Counted from the first letter of the stretch, positions 11,101 through 25,632 are shown. The stretch is 64,000 nucleotides of DNA from Tubulanus polymorphus (GCF_964204645.1 NC_134036.1:5362600-5426599); one strand, 5' to 3'. Numbers and translations: made by a program. The notes: generated by a model from the sequence alone, not told the origin.

Positions 11101-14100
11101 CAGCGAACTGGGTTCGATTCCCCTGCAAAATCGAAGAGGTTCACACGAGTTTCATCTGTGAAACAGAAATAATCGATATCGAAAATAGAACATCTAGCAC
11201 GATAAATTCAACAAACAATGGCAAATCTTTGATACGGGAAAACATGTCGAAAGAAAGTAGTTGCACGGTTGGATGGTTAGGTATGAATAAACAATGCTAT
11301 CAAATACTGACAGACTGGAAAAAACATCGAGGTTTGGATATAAAAACTGCGACAGAGATGTGTCGAGACATCCGAGGTGAAATAGGCGCGATAACTGGTT
11401 ACACAGAAAAGAAAACATTGAACTTGATAAGAACATTTCAATATCAACATCAATATGGTTCTATACTAACGATGACTCCTGATGACAGACTGCATGTTAT
11501 AAACCCAATAATCACTAGAGATGAAATTACTTATATTCAATCAGTCAAATGGACGATGAAACAGTTTGATAATGCAACAGATACAGCGCATTCTGTTTTG
11601 TGTTCTTACAATGTAACTGATGAAGAGTTAGCTTCTATAAGCGGTTGTAAATCGTGGCAGTTTAAATGTAACGATCAAAGGTGTATCAGCGACCATCACG
11701 TATGTGATACCAGACACGACTGTCAACACGGGGAAGATGAACTCAATTGTACGGATATCGATTTACACAGTCAGTTTCAATGCAAAGATGGTCAGATTAT
11801 ATCAATAAGTGGATTCTGTGATTTCATACAAGATTGTGCGGATGGTTCCGATGAGAACTCGTGTTTTCATCCCCCGTGTTTGTCCGGAGAATTCCGCTGT
11901 ATCAGTGGTCAATGCGTCATCAGGTCAAAGAGATGTGACGGTGTTGCTAATTGTAAAGACGGATCAGATGAAATCGATTGCACTGCTGAAATGTGTCAGG
12001 GGTTTCTGTGTAACAGTGGAGACTGTATCAGTTCTCAATTGTATCAGGATGGTGTCGTGGATTGTAGTGGAAACCTCGAAGAAGATGAATTAGTAACAAC
12101 TACTAATGTTACAGTGAATCCTACTGTTCGTTGTAATAATGAAAACGACTGTGCGACTAACTTCACAAATCTCTGTACAGAATCAGATGATCAAAGGTGT
12201 TCTTTCGATTCTCCTCATTGTTATTCGAGACGTCACAGATGTATTCTAGAAAGAATGACGAATGGTTTCCCAGTTTGTAGAAATCTTGAGCACGTGTTGA
12301 GATGTGAAGAATTTGAATGTCCAGCTGGCACTGTCAAATGTCCAGCATCATACTGTATACCAATCAGAAAGGTGTGCGATGGTCGATCAGATTGTCTCAA
12401 TTCAGAAGATGAACAAAACTGTGAGACTCTTTCATGTTCGGGAATGTTTAAATGCGTCCACGAAAACCGATGTATTCCACAATCTGAAGTTTGCGATGGC
12501 GTCATACATTGTAAACATTCAACTGATGACGAGGCTTTCTGTAACGTGAAATGTCGTGAAGGTTGTTACTGTCAAGGTCATATGATCGATTGTAGAAATA
12601 CCGGTTTAACGAACATTACCGGTCTTTTCTCAGCCTCAACTCGAGTTTTGATTTTATCAAATAATGAATTAACCTTAGAAACGTCGACATTCTTTTCATA
12701 TGTATATTTGCGCATGATCAACATCTCCTTTACCAGATTGTCTTATTTATTACCAAACTCGTTCTCAAACTTGCATAATCTTCATACATTGGACCTGACA
12801 TACAACAACATAACATCATTAACCGCAAATACATTCACTGGTCTGTATAGTTTGAGAGAGTTATTCATAACTGAAAATCCGTTGCGTCAATTAGAGGATG
12901 ATACATTCCGAGATTTGAAGTCCCTGAAAAATCTCGACCTACACGGACTTAGGTTGTTGGTGCTTGATAGAAATGTATTTCGCGGTTTATCTACATTACA
13001 GTCGTTGAATATCAGCGGTAACAGAATCCATCATATTTCGCTTTACGCATTTTCTGGATTAACTTCACTTGAAATTCTTGATATTACCAACAACTACAAA
13101 GTTATTTCTGTCGACCGAAATATTTTAATTAATCTTAATTCATTGGTCTCCCTAATTTCTGACGATTACAAATTTTGCTGCATGGCTCCAAACATTGACT
13201 ACTGCCTTCCTGAAGCTGATCAATTTTCCTCGTGTTCTGATCTGATGGGTAACACAGTCCTCAGAGCTATCATTTGGGTCATCGCTTCATTCAGTTTTAT
13301 CGCTAACGGAATTGTCATTTCTCTTCGTATTCAAGCGATACGATTTTCCCCCTCAAATCTCTCTTCAGACATCATCATCATTAATGTTGCTTTGTGTGAT
13401 TTTATGATGTCTATTTATTTGTTTCTGATCGCTGGAGCCGATTATCTTTATAAAGATGATTACTTTCTCTATTCCGAATCATGGACAGACAGTTTGTTTT
13501 GTCGTCTTGCTGGGATCACGGTGTCTATTTCATGTGAAGGTTCATTGATGTTTTTGCTCATCATGACACGTCATAGGTTCACGAATATCTTAAATCCATT
13601 TTCAGGAAGTGCAATTACATCTACGAAATATGTGTGTATTATTTGTTGTACATGTTGGATTGTCTTGTGTGTCATTGTATTAGTACCTCTCACACCTTTC
13701 CCTTACTTTGGAGACAATTTCTACGGCACGACCGGAGTTTGTTTACCGATGAATTTGATTTCAATCGATGTGAATGCCTGGCAATATTCTTTCGCTATTT
13801 TTGCTATGTTTAACTCTGGCATACTTGCAACGATAATGGCGACTTATGCGCAAATGTACAGACTCGTATCTGGAAGCAGGTCTGTTTCTGGTAGAGTTGA
13901 TCCTACCGAACTGATTCTGGCGCGCAGGAGTTTGGTGATAAATCTGTGTAATCTATTTTGCTGGCTGCCGTTAATAACCGTTCAGTTTTGCGCGGTATTT
14001 CGGGTGGAAATACCGAATCAGGTGGCGGCTTGGCTGGCGGTTCTTTTCTTACCGATCAACTCGTCCCTCAATCCCCTTCTTTACACAATACTGACTATCG

Positions 14101-14156
14101 ATATGAAGTCCATACGAGCAAAAACAAAACGCAGGCAACATCGAACGAATAAATGA
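8195..14156 (+). CDS. GRL101-like: Copy 2: CUB/CTLD-extended GRL101-like GPCR, 3 exons, ~1929 aa
   Basis: Exons 8195-9415, 9511-10839, 10917-14156. Intron 1 is 9416-9510 (cgg|GTGAGT...tgtctAG, 95 bp); intron 2 is 10840-10916 (cag|GTAAAT...tttcgtAG, 77 bp). Both are phase 0. Splicing restores a continuous CTLD (IGLKLQ|PNTGYYTWSDGKPLSYTEW). Hydrophobic leader MLFGMEQRLRALFIATLIVC. Confidence 0.9.
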
Positions 14157-14745
14157 AATAGCGCAGAGTGTTTGGTATATATCGCCAGTCAAAACGATGT
14201 TTCGATCTTATTTCCTGTCGGGGATATTTCATGATAAATCATCATTATATACACTAGACTCCCCCCCCCTTATTTTTGCGTTGTTCACCTCTCACCGTTT
14301 TTTTTTCACATGCAATGAATTCGTTACATTTATTACATTCGTTACAATTACTGGATATCATTAACGTGTCAATATATGCAATGGATATATGGGGTATTTA
14401 TCGTTACACACGGGTCACAGCTTTCAATTCCGGTCGCTGTATCTCCTATACACTCAACACTCAATTGAAGCACTCCTGGTTAAAACTATTTCAGTACTGA
14501 CCATAAACCCACCGACCGTACTCAGACAGAAATTCTCCGGGTGATTAAACAAAACCGCCGGTAAAGAGATACTGTAAGTGTTACTAAAGGGGTACTGTAC
14601 CCACAGTAGGGCACTATAGCTGGTTACAAAAATATATGTTCATGCTTATTATATGGGCACCTTGGTGACCTAAATAATAAATGATAAAATGCGAATATCC
14701 AACCTATTGCTATACATAGCCTGCTTTTCTTTTCTGCAGTGTGTT

Positions 14746-14859
14746 CAGGACCCAGTTCCACAGTCGTGAGTTAGAGTTAACCCTGATTTAAAGTTAGTTC
14801 ATTTTCAATGAGTTAAACCAGAGTCAAATCTTAACTCAGAATTGTGGAACTGGGGCCTG
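14746..14859. mobile_element. MITE A (114 bp), spacer 2
   Basis: TIR CAGGACCCAGTTCCACA / TGTGGAACTGGGGCCTG (16/17 match, extending to ~30 bp with GAGTTA/TAACTC). Absent from the homologous empty sites GTGTT-CTG-ATGATT at 3461 and 56109. Confidence 0.8.
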
Positions 14860-16332
14860 ATGATTATCTGAGAATTTGATGGTAAAATTTCCCATACATC
14901 AAAACATTATGGCTGATTTATTCAGTAAGGTAGTGATCGCAATTAGAGAAATATACCAATTAATATTGATCCGCTAAAATATGTTTCGAAACGACCGTAG
15001 GTGCATAGTAGCTGAAATACTTAAGGTTTTGCGATAGATGGCGCATTGGTATCAAGTAGATCCTCAACAAAAATGCGAGTAACAGGTGACCGCGTACCGC
15101 GTTACGAAAGGGTTGAATGTACCTTTCATCATTATCGTTGAAGATAGACTAAACAGCTAGATAAAAGTACAAAGGCATATTTTGAAAGACTGAATATATT
15201 TGATGTCGTTTTCAAGAAGTGTGCCCCCGGACACTGGTTTAATCCTGATAGTTATGATATCTGGATCCGATATTTTGAATTTCTGGTTCGGTTCGAAACA
15301 CTGGCTCAGTAGATACGTACGTCCAACCTGTCCCAGTAGGGAGCCGAATTTAATGGTACTCGATACCACAGTTCGAAACCCGCCTCAGTATAAAGTGCGC
15401 ACAGCTATTAGTTTATATCCGAAACTTTGTTTGAATTCATGAAATAAAAGCAAATCTCAATTTATCTTTATTGTTGTTGTATTTACTGCGTGTTTCATCG
15501 GACATTTTTTTCCCATCCAATCAGTTTCTTTTTCTCTATTCATTAAAATCGTTAACGCGAACAAGACGATTTCACTAAGCGGTAACCGTTTGATTTGATC
15601 CATCGCTGTTCACAAAGACAATTAACACGAAACTATTATGAATACATCCAAATATGAAATTAAATGGGCAATAAAAAATAACAGATTTTTACAAAACAGC
15701 TCAATGGGTTAAACTGCAGCATCGATATGGAAGCCGTCGCGATCAACGTGGTTTAGGAGTGCATTCAATATAGAAATAGTTGATATCTGCACAAATCAAC
15801 TAGTTAACCGGTAATTCACGGGGTATAAGTTGCGTTCTAACATGAAAAGTTCCCGATCAATAAGGCACATTGTGTGTTACGTGTATTATGAACGTGTTCT
15901 TTTGTCGGAATATTACGTCCACCCGTTTCTATAAGGAGACTATGTCATTGAATATGCCTCATTCTTATAAATTTTGAAATCATCAAATATGCTTTCATCT
16001 GTTTAAAAAGGGCGTCCTTACGACCGTCAGGGTCTCGTTATTTAACACGATATTGTGTGTATTGTAATCCTTTATATAGGCTGACTTTACTTGTAAAGAT
16101 GGCAATATGGTAAACTACATACTTATACCTATACCGAAACTAGTAACACATTAGGTTCCAGCAATAAAAAGACATGTAGCGGGTTTAAATTTTCTGGTGA
16201 AATTTTTTGTTCGATTTCGCGGAATCCGCGTGATATAATACGATATCGAAAAAAATCACTAGACTTATTTCAGAAATCTGCAGCGATGGCGACTAATTTA
16301 GGTAGTTATTCCAGGTAAAAAGACACAACTTC

Positions 16333-16486
16333 GGGGGCCTTTTCCATAGTTAAAGCGCAGTCTACACACCATTTAAGGTTAACATTAGTTCTATAGTCAA
16401 TGGAAAGATTTAGAAAAATACACATCTAATTGTCAATGCTGTTAAGAAAACTTTCGGACTTAATTCTCGACACTGGAACCGGCGCC
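16333..16486. mobile_element. MITE-like element B, spacer 2 (left TIR decayed)
   Basis: GGGGGCCTTTTCC...GGAACCGGCGCC, at the position homologous to 4841-4994. Confidence 0.45.
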
Positions 16487-19400
16487 GTGAGAATATCAGC
16501 GATGCGTGATCAAATGTATCAGAAATCGTATGCTCACCTTTGCGTGCGCAATCCACGCGGCACTAGTCGTCTCAAGCTACATCATCGTAACATCAGCCCC
16601 GTGGGTGAAAATATTCTGCCATAAACATAAGTTTCCTTTATTTCCGTATTATGCATTTGAAGTCCATCCTCGAAAATATCGTCTTTCTCAAATTCTAACG
16701 AGAATTCAATTCTGAAAATGTGATAAAACGGTTCGCTTTGAGTGAAACATTTGCTTAAAGCCTACGATGCCGTGGTGTTTTATTTCAATGCGTTAGTATT
16801 TCTTAGAATCAAAGGACGATTTCTTTTAGCTCTAGTACAGAATTAACTTTCTGTTCACAACTCTCTAATCAGTCCTTGTACTACTATACTCGTGTGGTCG
16901 GTAGTTAGTAGAGGTCGTTTTAATGGATAATTATATGAGATAAGTCAACCAAAAGGACTGTATTTTTTCTCAAAATTCCGACATTACCCGGATGATAGCT
17001 TTGTTCGACATCAAAAATTGATTGACAGAGCTTTAGAGTGTGGAAGGTATTTTCTATTGTTTTGAGTCTGATGAGTGTTGACCAATGGAAAGCGACTACT
17101 CACGTCCAGAAGAAAACAATCTTTGCAAACCCAATGAGGCTCGAGGGTTTTCCAAAATATTTTCCTTAACGTTTTCTCTTCCCATAAGGCTAACCTAAAA
17201 GTTTTGATATTTTTTGATAGCGATCATGTTATCTTATGAATTATAAGTGAATTTACTCATTTAGGTTCAAAAAGTGTTTAATATTGTTACCTAGAATAAA
17301 TAATCTATTAATTTCAATACACTTCAGAAGCTAGCGCAGCAAAGGGAAATTGAATCGTTTTTCATCGGAAATGGGTTTGGAAGTAAAACAATGAAATTCA
17401 TTATCACGTGTTTTCTCTTCTCAATAGCCGACTTGAAAGCATAAACAAATCTGATTCCAATACAAATAGGCTCGGCTATACCTAAAGACTAGAGATTATT
17501 AATCATTTTCTTTCATCTCAATGAGCATTCCTTATATGTTACATGTTTAGACATAATGTACAATACACCATGTTTTTGTAAACAGTTGTAGTCAAAAAAG
17601 ATAAATAAATTTGATATAATAATGTAATTTGGGTTTAAGCTTCGCAGGAGGTTTTTCAAATACTCTCACCGTTGGAACACGCATCCGACCCATATACATT
17701 ATGAGTTATTGACATATTAGATCTATTAGATATATAAATCACAAAGTTTTATTAAAAGAACTGTCAAATGTCTCCTCATCGCTGCAGATGTTGGTATAAC
17801 TTTTGAAACGAACTACACAGTTAGGCGGCTATATTGTGAGGACGTTTCAGGCTAAAGCACCTGATTTGTTTACATGCTCTCAACGGTCAAAGTTTACAAT
17901 TTTCAAAATTCTTTTGACTTTAAGGTGCACTAGTTCGTACTATCCCGTTAGCAACATCGCTTGTTTTTTCTTACCCCAAAGAAAGTACGAGTCACTTTTT
18001 CCAACACACACTCTGACCTCATTTAGAACCCGAACAAATCAAAGAATCTGGTCATTAATCAACTGAATTCTGACACGCAAATCCTAGGAGAGTTTAACCC
18101 GCTAAAACAAAAACGTTATCTTGGAAAAAAACATAATTGAAACAAATTGAAATCCTGAATTGCTAATTGTTATTTCAATGAGATAATGGTAGCGTCAATC
18201 CTAAATATTTGCAATCTGCTAATTAAGGTCGTCTTCGTTTAAAAGATATGAATCGAAAGTTTAATGATATTGTTATGTATATATAGTAACTAAACTCTGG
18301 TTTACAAAAGAAACGCAGCGCACGAAACCAGTGAATATATGTCATGTTGAGGGATACATGATACATAGTGAAAACTGCTGTCGTGTTCAGAAAGCTAGAG
18401 CGTTTTTACAGTAACTGCCTCGAGGCGTTTAACGCCTTGCTGCAATATCTATTCAGTATCGAAGTCATACATTCGATTCTAGAAAATGCTGAGATATGCA
18501 GAATATTTCAAATACGCGCGACCTAGTATATATGTAGTTAAGCTAACCTTATCTGTTATATAGCTTTAGATCTAGCGCAATATTCAGATTTGGGATATCT
18601 TTGAAAGTAAAGAAACGTTCTTTTGTTTTTATCACAAGGTAAGGCGTGGAATTCTCTAATGCACAATACCTAATGTAGATATTTTAATTTAACCAAAATT
18701 TGTTCTTTTTCATTGCGAAATCGACCATGTACCGTTAATTCAGTCTTTTTCAAATCATACAACTCAGGATTGTTGTACCTAGATCCAACTTGTTGAAAGA
18801 AAATTCCTACGCAAACAATGTGGATAAAATAGTCGTTGCCCAACATTTCGTGAAATTTCGTCCGAATTCGTTTCGCCCACATAAAATGTCACATGCGCAA
18901 AACATTTTTGTACTTTCTACGAAACTCTATTGGCCTCATATCGGAGATTTGTGTTCAATGAGATTGAGTTTGATTTTCATATTCTAGATATTAATCAAAT
19001 CGATACCAGTATGATATGAAAATTCAATCTCTTGCGCTGTCCCAAAAGAGGGGAAAATGTTACACTCGAAAACGTTTGCTAGAATAAATTCATATATTCA
19101 TTAGAAAATCAAGATTTGTACTGTTTTTGCTTCCATTGATTTTTGACAATTTCAACTCTCAAACCAAGATCAGAATCAACAGCGTTTTCGATGATAATGA
19201 GTTTTTATAAAAGGCTGATATATACGCAGTTATAGATTCAACATTGACTTGAATTTCATCTTTCTAAATATTCGATCACCTTTTTCCATCTTGTTTCATT
19301 CGACGGTACGAATTTTGAATATCGTCTACAATCCACATGAAGAACGAAATCAAAATCATTTGTATATTGAATCAGAAATAATGAGAAGAATATTTCTGGT

Positions 19401-19596
19401 CGGGTAAGGTCTAGTCGTTTTGAGTGGATGGGGTTTAATGATTGTATGGATAGAACATATAGTAATGAGTGAATAAACCAAAACTGGAATAAATGCAAAA
19501 AATAAGAACGTCTTTATCCTGTTGCGTTTTCATGGGTTGAATTTGCAACGTACGCATTTATGCTGAAATATTTGAAGCATTTTGGACTCGACGGAG

Positions 19597-19697
19597 CGAA
19601 TTTTCTGATTGGATGAAATCGGATGGTAATCCGACCAATAAACGATCACGTGAAACTTGACGAATTTCGTTCATTCTATCGCAGTGACGTGTTCGGA
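19597..19697 (+). promoter_or_regulatory. Putative core promoter of copy 3
   Basis: ATTGG at 19608 and CCAAT at 19635 (27 bp offset, as in all copies), TCATTC downstream. Confidence 0.5.
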
Positions 19698-22600
19698 ATG
19701 GAGCAGCGACTGAGAGCGTTGTTTATAGCGTCGCTAATCGTCTGTCAAGTTCGCATCGCGCGCGCTGATCGCGCAGACTCTATCGAGGAATCGTCTGTGA
19801 CGGTAAGTTCGTCTTGTAACAACACGTGGTACCCCGTAGATTCTACGTCCGGTTACATCGTTTCACCGAATTACCCGTCGTTAACGCACGATGTTGAATG
19901 TAGTTGGTTCATGAACAGCTCATTACCGGGAACTTTTCACGTCCAAGTTTACTACGATTTCGAGCCGTCAATATTCTGTAGTGATAACTACCTTCTCGTC
20001 TACGAGTCTGATAACAGATTGTGCGGCGATGGAAAATATGAAATCCGCCGTGACGATTCGATCTCGTTGATGTTAAGGAGTAACGTCGATGGTACGCGAG
20101 GTAGTCGGGTTTATGTTATATATCGTTATGAACGAAGCCGATTGAGAATACGTCACAACTGCAGGGAAAGAAATTACAATTTGAATGAATTGCAAACGTC
20201 GAAGGGATACAAATACAGTATAGGATATCTAGCGCAATGTCGGTTGTACCTAACATGGAAGGGGATGCCCGATTATTTCGCTTTTAACTTGACTTTCCAG
20301 AAGTTAGACTACAGAACATCCTCTATTTTTCCAGCTATAACAGTCCACGATGGATGGAACATCAGCAGTGAACCTATAGGTATTATACGAGAACAAACCG
20401 GATATCCACCTTCCTCATTTTATACTAATACAAATAAAGCCGTAATATCATCGCTTCGTCGCCCACTGATCTTTCGATCACAGCTTTTAGTTCAGATGTA
20501 TAAAGTATCAGATTGGAACGTCTCTAATCCGTTGATTCAAATCGCTAAAAACGAGTCGGGAGTGCTCATACCCGATGACAACAGTTTACACGTAATAACT
20601 CGATCAAAACACTTACACTGCTGGTCTATCACAGCGCAGGTGTTACAGTACGTCGTCTTCAACTGGACACGTGATCTAGTCTCGTCCGGTGACGTCATCG
20701 GTGTATATAAACAAGAAGGGTTACGCGTTGTGGGAACAGATATCTTACTCGGGTACAACTACCTGGAATCACTGAGTGTCAAATCTGACGGCTTTCTTGT
20801 TGTACTATGCGCTCTGAAAGCTACACTTCACGATAATGAAACATTTGAAATAAACTATAAAAACGAATTTATTTCGATGGAGAATATAAAGGTCTACAAC
20901 CGGGTGAGTTAAAATGCGTGAAATTATTTTACTCCGTATCAAAATAATTGAAGTAAAAAAATATTTATGATGCACTTAAAATGGGCTTTTTATGTCTAGG
21001 TACCGGTGAACGCAATGTGGTCCATGAGGCCGTTCATGCTGTTTCCAACACGAGCAAAGCTCTATTTGAATTATCGCGTCACTAGATACGAGTTGAAAAG
21101 GAAAACTGAGATTTATGAAGAGAATATGGAACTAACAGTTTTATCAGAGAACTGCGAGCGAGCTGGATTTTACATATTCGACGGTGGTAATTTCACGGCT
21201 AGACGATACGGTCCGTATTGTCCTCGTTTAAAGAAATATGACCGTCACGTCGTCAGTCTGATTACATCAGGTGGGCCGGTTACTGTAGTAGGATACGCTT
21301 ATAACTGGGAGGGTCAGTTAGCAGTCGATTCGCGCCTGACATTTCGTACTACCGACTGTGACGGGTATGTTTTAAAGGAAGGAGAACGACAGATCAACAT
21401 GACGTCACACTGTCTCGTGATTACACCCGAAAACCGACGCCTTCCGTTAAAAAACATTTACATTTGGTCCAAACACGGATATGTACTTGATTCTTGTATT
21501 ATCGACAAAAGATTCCCGATCGATAGATGCATGTTTCGACTGAAACTCCAGTCTACCAATAACGGTCTTGTTTTACAAACGGTGGATTTTAAGCTAGTAA
21601 GACCCTTCCGCGTGGAGCCGTTGTTTGTGAAACTACGCCGTAAATGTATGGCCATGAAAAAGCCCGATAAGCTCACAGATATGACCTGGCAAACACCGGA
21701 ATGCGGGTTAGTGCAGTCAATGAACTACCCCGGACCAGAATACTACGAATCAGTCCGTAGAAAATACACTTTAGAATTCAGGACTAATCAGTTACAGATT
21801 CGATTTTACAGATTCGTTTTCAAATACATTCAGGTAATACCCTGCGAGAAATCGTCCTGGAGGGATAATGATCCTATTTTGTTCATACAGAATCCATATT
21901 ATTTCATAACAACCGGGCGACGTGTAGAGACTCGACACACGACCAAAATATGTGGTAAAATGGCCGTTTTGGGAACTGTTTTTTATAGCTTGCATCACGA
22001 GATGCACTGGTTTCAGGTGGAAAATAATATACCAACCTTTCAAATACAATACACGGTTATTCAGTCATTATTAGAGAAACAGATGAAAAATGTCTGTAAA
22101 TCAGGATTTCTAGATTCGGGAATTTCATGCGTAAAATACATCAGAGATGAACGTCTGACTTGGGAGAATGCTGAATTGTATTGTAGACAGAAGTACGCGG
22201 GACATCTACTCAGTATCAACTCACAACAGGAAATGATTTCTATTAAAAGATTATTCGCTACAAAGCTTCTTCTAAAGGCATATTCACAGAAAGCGCTCAT
22301 AATGATGATTGGATTACAACTGCAGGTAAATTTGAAACACCGTTCGTAAGTTCTATGTTTGTAAATATAATGTTAATTCTTTTTTTGTTTCGTAGCCCAA
22401 TACCGGTTATTACACGTGGTCAGATGGGAAACCATTAAGCTACACAGAGTGGTATAAACCTACAAATAACGACACGATACCAGAAGTTATTCAAGGATTG
22501 ATATCTCCTCCCAGGAAACAACCGATCAATGACGTCAATATGCCGTGTACGGCGATGATGCTGAATAATCCACGAGGATCAGCGAACTGGGTTCGATTTC

Positions 22601-25600
22601 CCTGCGAAATCGATGAGGTTCACACGAGTTTCATTTGTGAAACAGAAAGAACCAATATCGGAAATAGAACATTTAGAAAGGTGAATTCAACAAAAAATGA
22701 CGAATCCATGATAAGGGAGAACATGTCGAAAGAAAATAGTTGCACGGTTGGATGGTTAGGTATGAATAAACAATGCTATCAAATACTGACAGACTGGAAA
22801 AAACGTCGAGGTTTGGATATAAAAACTGCGACGGAGATGTGTCACGGCATCCGTGCAGAAATAGGCGCGATAACTGGTTACACAGAAAAAGAAACACTGA
22901 AATTAACAAGAACATTTCAATATCGACATCAATATAACTCTATACTAACGATGACATATAATGACGGACTGCTAATTATAAACCCAATTATCACAAGAGA
23001 TGAAATTACTTATATTCAATCAGTTAAATGGATGATGAGACAGTTTGATTATGAGACAGATACAGCGCATTCTGTTTTGTGTTCGTACAATGTAACTGAT
23101 GAAGAGTTAGCTTCTATAAGCGGTTGTAAATCGTGGCAGTTTAAATGTAACGATCAAAGGTGTATCAGCGACCATCGCGTATGTGATACCAGACAAGACT
23201 GTCAACACGGTGAAGATGAATTCGATTGTACGGATATCAATTTACACAGTCAGTTTCAATGCAAAGATGGTCAGATTATATCAATAAGCGGTTTCTGTGA
23301 TTTCATACAAGATTGTGTGGATGGTTCCGATGAGAACTCGTGTTTTCATCACCCGTGTTTGTTCGGAGAATTCCGCTGTATCAGTGGTCAATGCGTCATC
23401 AGGTCAAACAGATGTGACGGTGTTACTAATTGTAAAGATGGATCAGATGAAATCGAATGCACTGCTGAAATGTGTCAGGGGTTTCTGTGTAACAGTGGAG
23501 ACTGTATTAGCTCTCAGTTGTATCAAGATGGTGTCGTGGATTGTAGTGGAAGCCTTGAAGAAGATGAATTAGTAACGGCGACTAATGTTACAGTGAATCC
23601 TACTGTTCAGTGCAATAATGAAAACCAATGCACAACTAACTTCACAAATCTCTGTACTGAATCTGATGAACAAAGATGTTCTTTCAATTCTCCTCATTGT
23701 TATTCAAGACGTCACAGATGTATTCTAGAAAAAATGACGAATGGTTTCCCAGTTTGTAGAAATCTTGAGCACGTATTGAGATGTGAAGAATTCGAATGTC
23801 CAGCTGGTACTGTAAAATGTCCAGCATCGTACTGTATACCGATTAGGCAGGTTTGCGATGGTCAATCAGATTGTCCTAATTCAGAAGATGAACAAAACTG
23901 CGAGATATTTTCATGCCCAGGAATGTTTAAATGTGGCCACGAAAATCGATGTATTCCACAATTCGATGTCTGCGATGGCGTCATACATTGTAAACATACA
24001 ACTGATGACGAGGCTTTCTGTAACGTTAAATGTCGTGAAGGTTGTTACTGTCAAGGTCTAATGATCGATTGTAGAAATACCGGTTTAAAGAACATTACCG
24101 GTCTTTTCTCGGCATCAACTCGAGTTTTAATTTTATCAAATAACGAATTAACCTTAGAAACGTCGACATTCTTTTCTTATGTATATTTGCGCATGCTCAA
24201 CATCTCCATTACCAGATTGTCTTATATTTTACCAAACTCGTTCTCAAACCTGCAAAATCTTCATACATTAGACCTTACGTATAACAACCTCACATCCCTA
24301 TCCGCAAATACGTTCACCGGTTTGTATAGCTTGAACGAGTTATTCATAACTGAAAATCCGTTGCGTCAATTAGAGGATGATACATTCCGAGATTTGAAGT
24401 CCCTGAAAAATCTTGACCTACACGGACTCAGGTTGTTGGTGCTTGATAGAAATGTATTTCGAGGGTTATCTTCATTACGATTGATGAATATCAGCAGTAA
24501 CAGAATACATCATATTTCACGATACGCATTTTCTGGATTAAGCTCACTTGAAATTCTTGATATAACCAACAATTACGAAGTTATTTCTGCCGACAGAAAT
24601 GTTTTCAACAATCTGACATCATTAGTCTCCCTTATGTCTGACCATTACAAATTTTGCTGCATGGCTCCGAATATTGACCAGTGCCTTCCGGAAGCTGATC
24701 AATTTTCCTCCTGTTCTGATCTGATGGGTAACACAGTCCTCAGAGCTATCATTTGGGTCATCGCTTCATTCAGTCTTATCGCGAACAGTATGGTCATTTC
24801 TCTGCGCGTTCGTGCGATTCGATTATCCCCTTCAAATCCATCTTCAGATATCATCATCATTAATGTCGCTGTGTGTGATTTTATGATGTCTATATATTTG
24901 TTTCTGATCGCTGGAGCCGATTATCTTTATAAAGATAATTACTTTCTCTATTCCGAATCGTGGACGGACAGTTTGTTTTGTCGTCTTGCTGGAATCACGG
25001 TGTCTATTTCTTGTGAAGGTTCATTGATATTTTTGCTCATGGTGACGAGTTATAGGTTCTCAAATATCGTTAATCCATTTTCAGGAAGCGCAATAACATC
25101 TCCGAAATATGTGTGCATTATTTGTTGCACATGTTGGATTGTCTTGTGTGTCATTGTATTACTACCTCTTACACCTTTCCCTTACTTTGGAGACAATTTC
25201 TACGGCACAACTGGAGTTTGTTTACCGATGAATTTGATTTCAATCGATGTGAATGCCTGGCAATATTCATTCGCTATTTTTGCTTTGTTTAACTCTGCAA
25301 TACTTGCAACGATAATAGCGACTTATGCGCGAATGTTCAGACTCGTATCTGGAAGCAGGTCCGGTTCGGGTAGAGCTGATCCTACGGAACTGATTCTGGC
25401 GCGCAGGAGTTTAGTGATAAATCTTTGTAATTTATTTTGCTGGCTGCCGTTAATTATCGTTCAGTTTTGCGCGGTATTACGGGTAGAAATACCGAATCAG
25501 GTGGCGGCTTGGCTGGCTGTTCTTTTCTTACCGATCAACTCGTCCCTCAATCCCCTTCTTTACACAATTCTGACTATCGATATGAAATCCATACGAGCAA

Positions 25601-25632
25601 AAACTAAACGCAGGCTTCATCGAAAAGATTGA
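19698..25632 (+). CDS. GRL101-like: Copy 3: CUB/CTLD-extended GRL101-like GPCR, 3 exons, ~1922 aa
   Basis: Exons 19698-20903, 21000-22325, 22396-25632. Introns 20904-20999 (96 bp) and 22326-22395 (70 bp), GT-AG, phase 0. Start placed at the second conserved ATG (MEQRL) because the first is ACG. Ends RLHRKD. Confidence 0.88.

Noticed and set aside
8165-14156. Three-gene operon-like cassette (secreted CUB protein, CUB/lectin protein, GPCR) or a prokaryotic system
   Set aside because: The gaps are bounded by GT/AG at homologous positions in six copies, splicing is in frame, a CTLD is split across ORF2 and ORF3, and only ORF1 has a leader. These are exons of one eukaryotic gene.
19623-19697. 25-aa N-terminal extension of copy 3 from the ATG at 19623
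   Set aside because: This ATG lies between the conserved CCAAT boxes, probably upstream of the TSS. It is in frame only because of a copy-specific 1-nt deletion, and the peptide is not signal-like.
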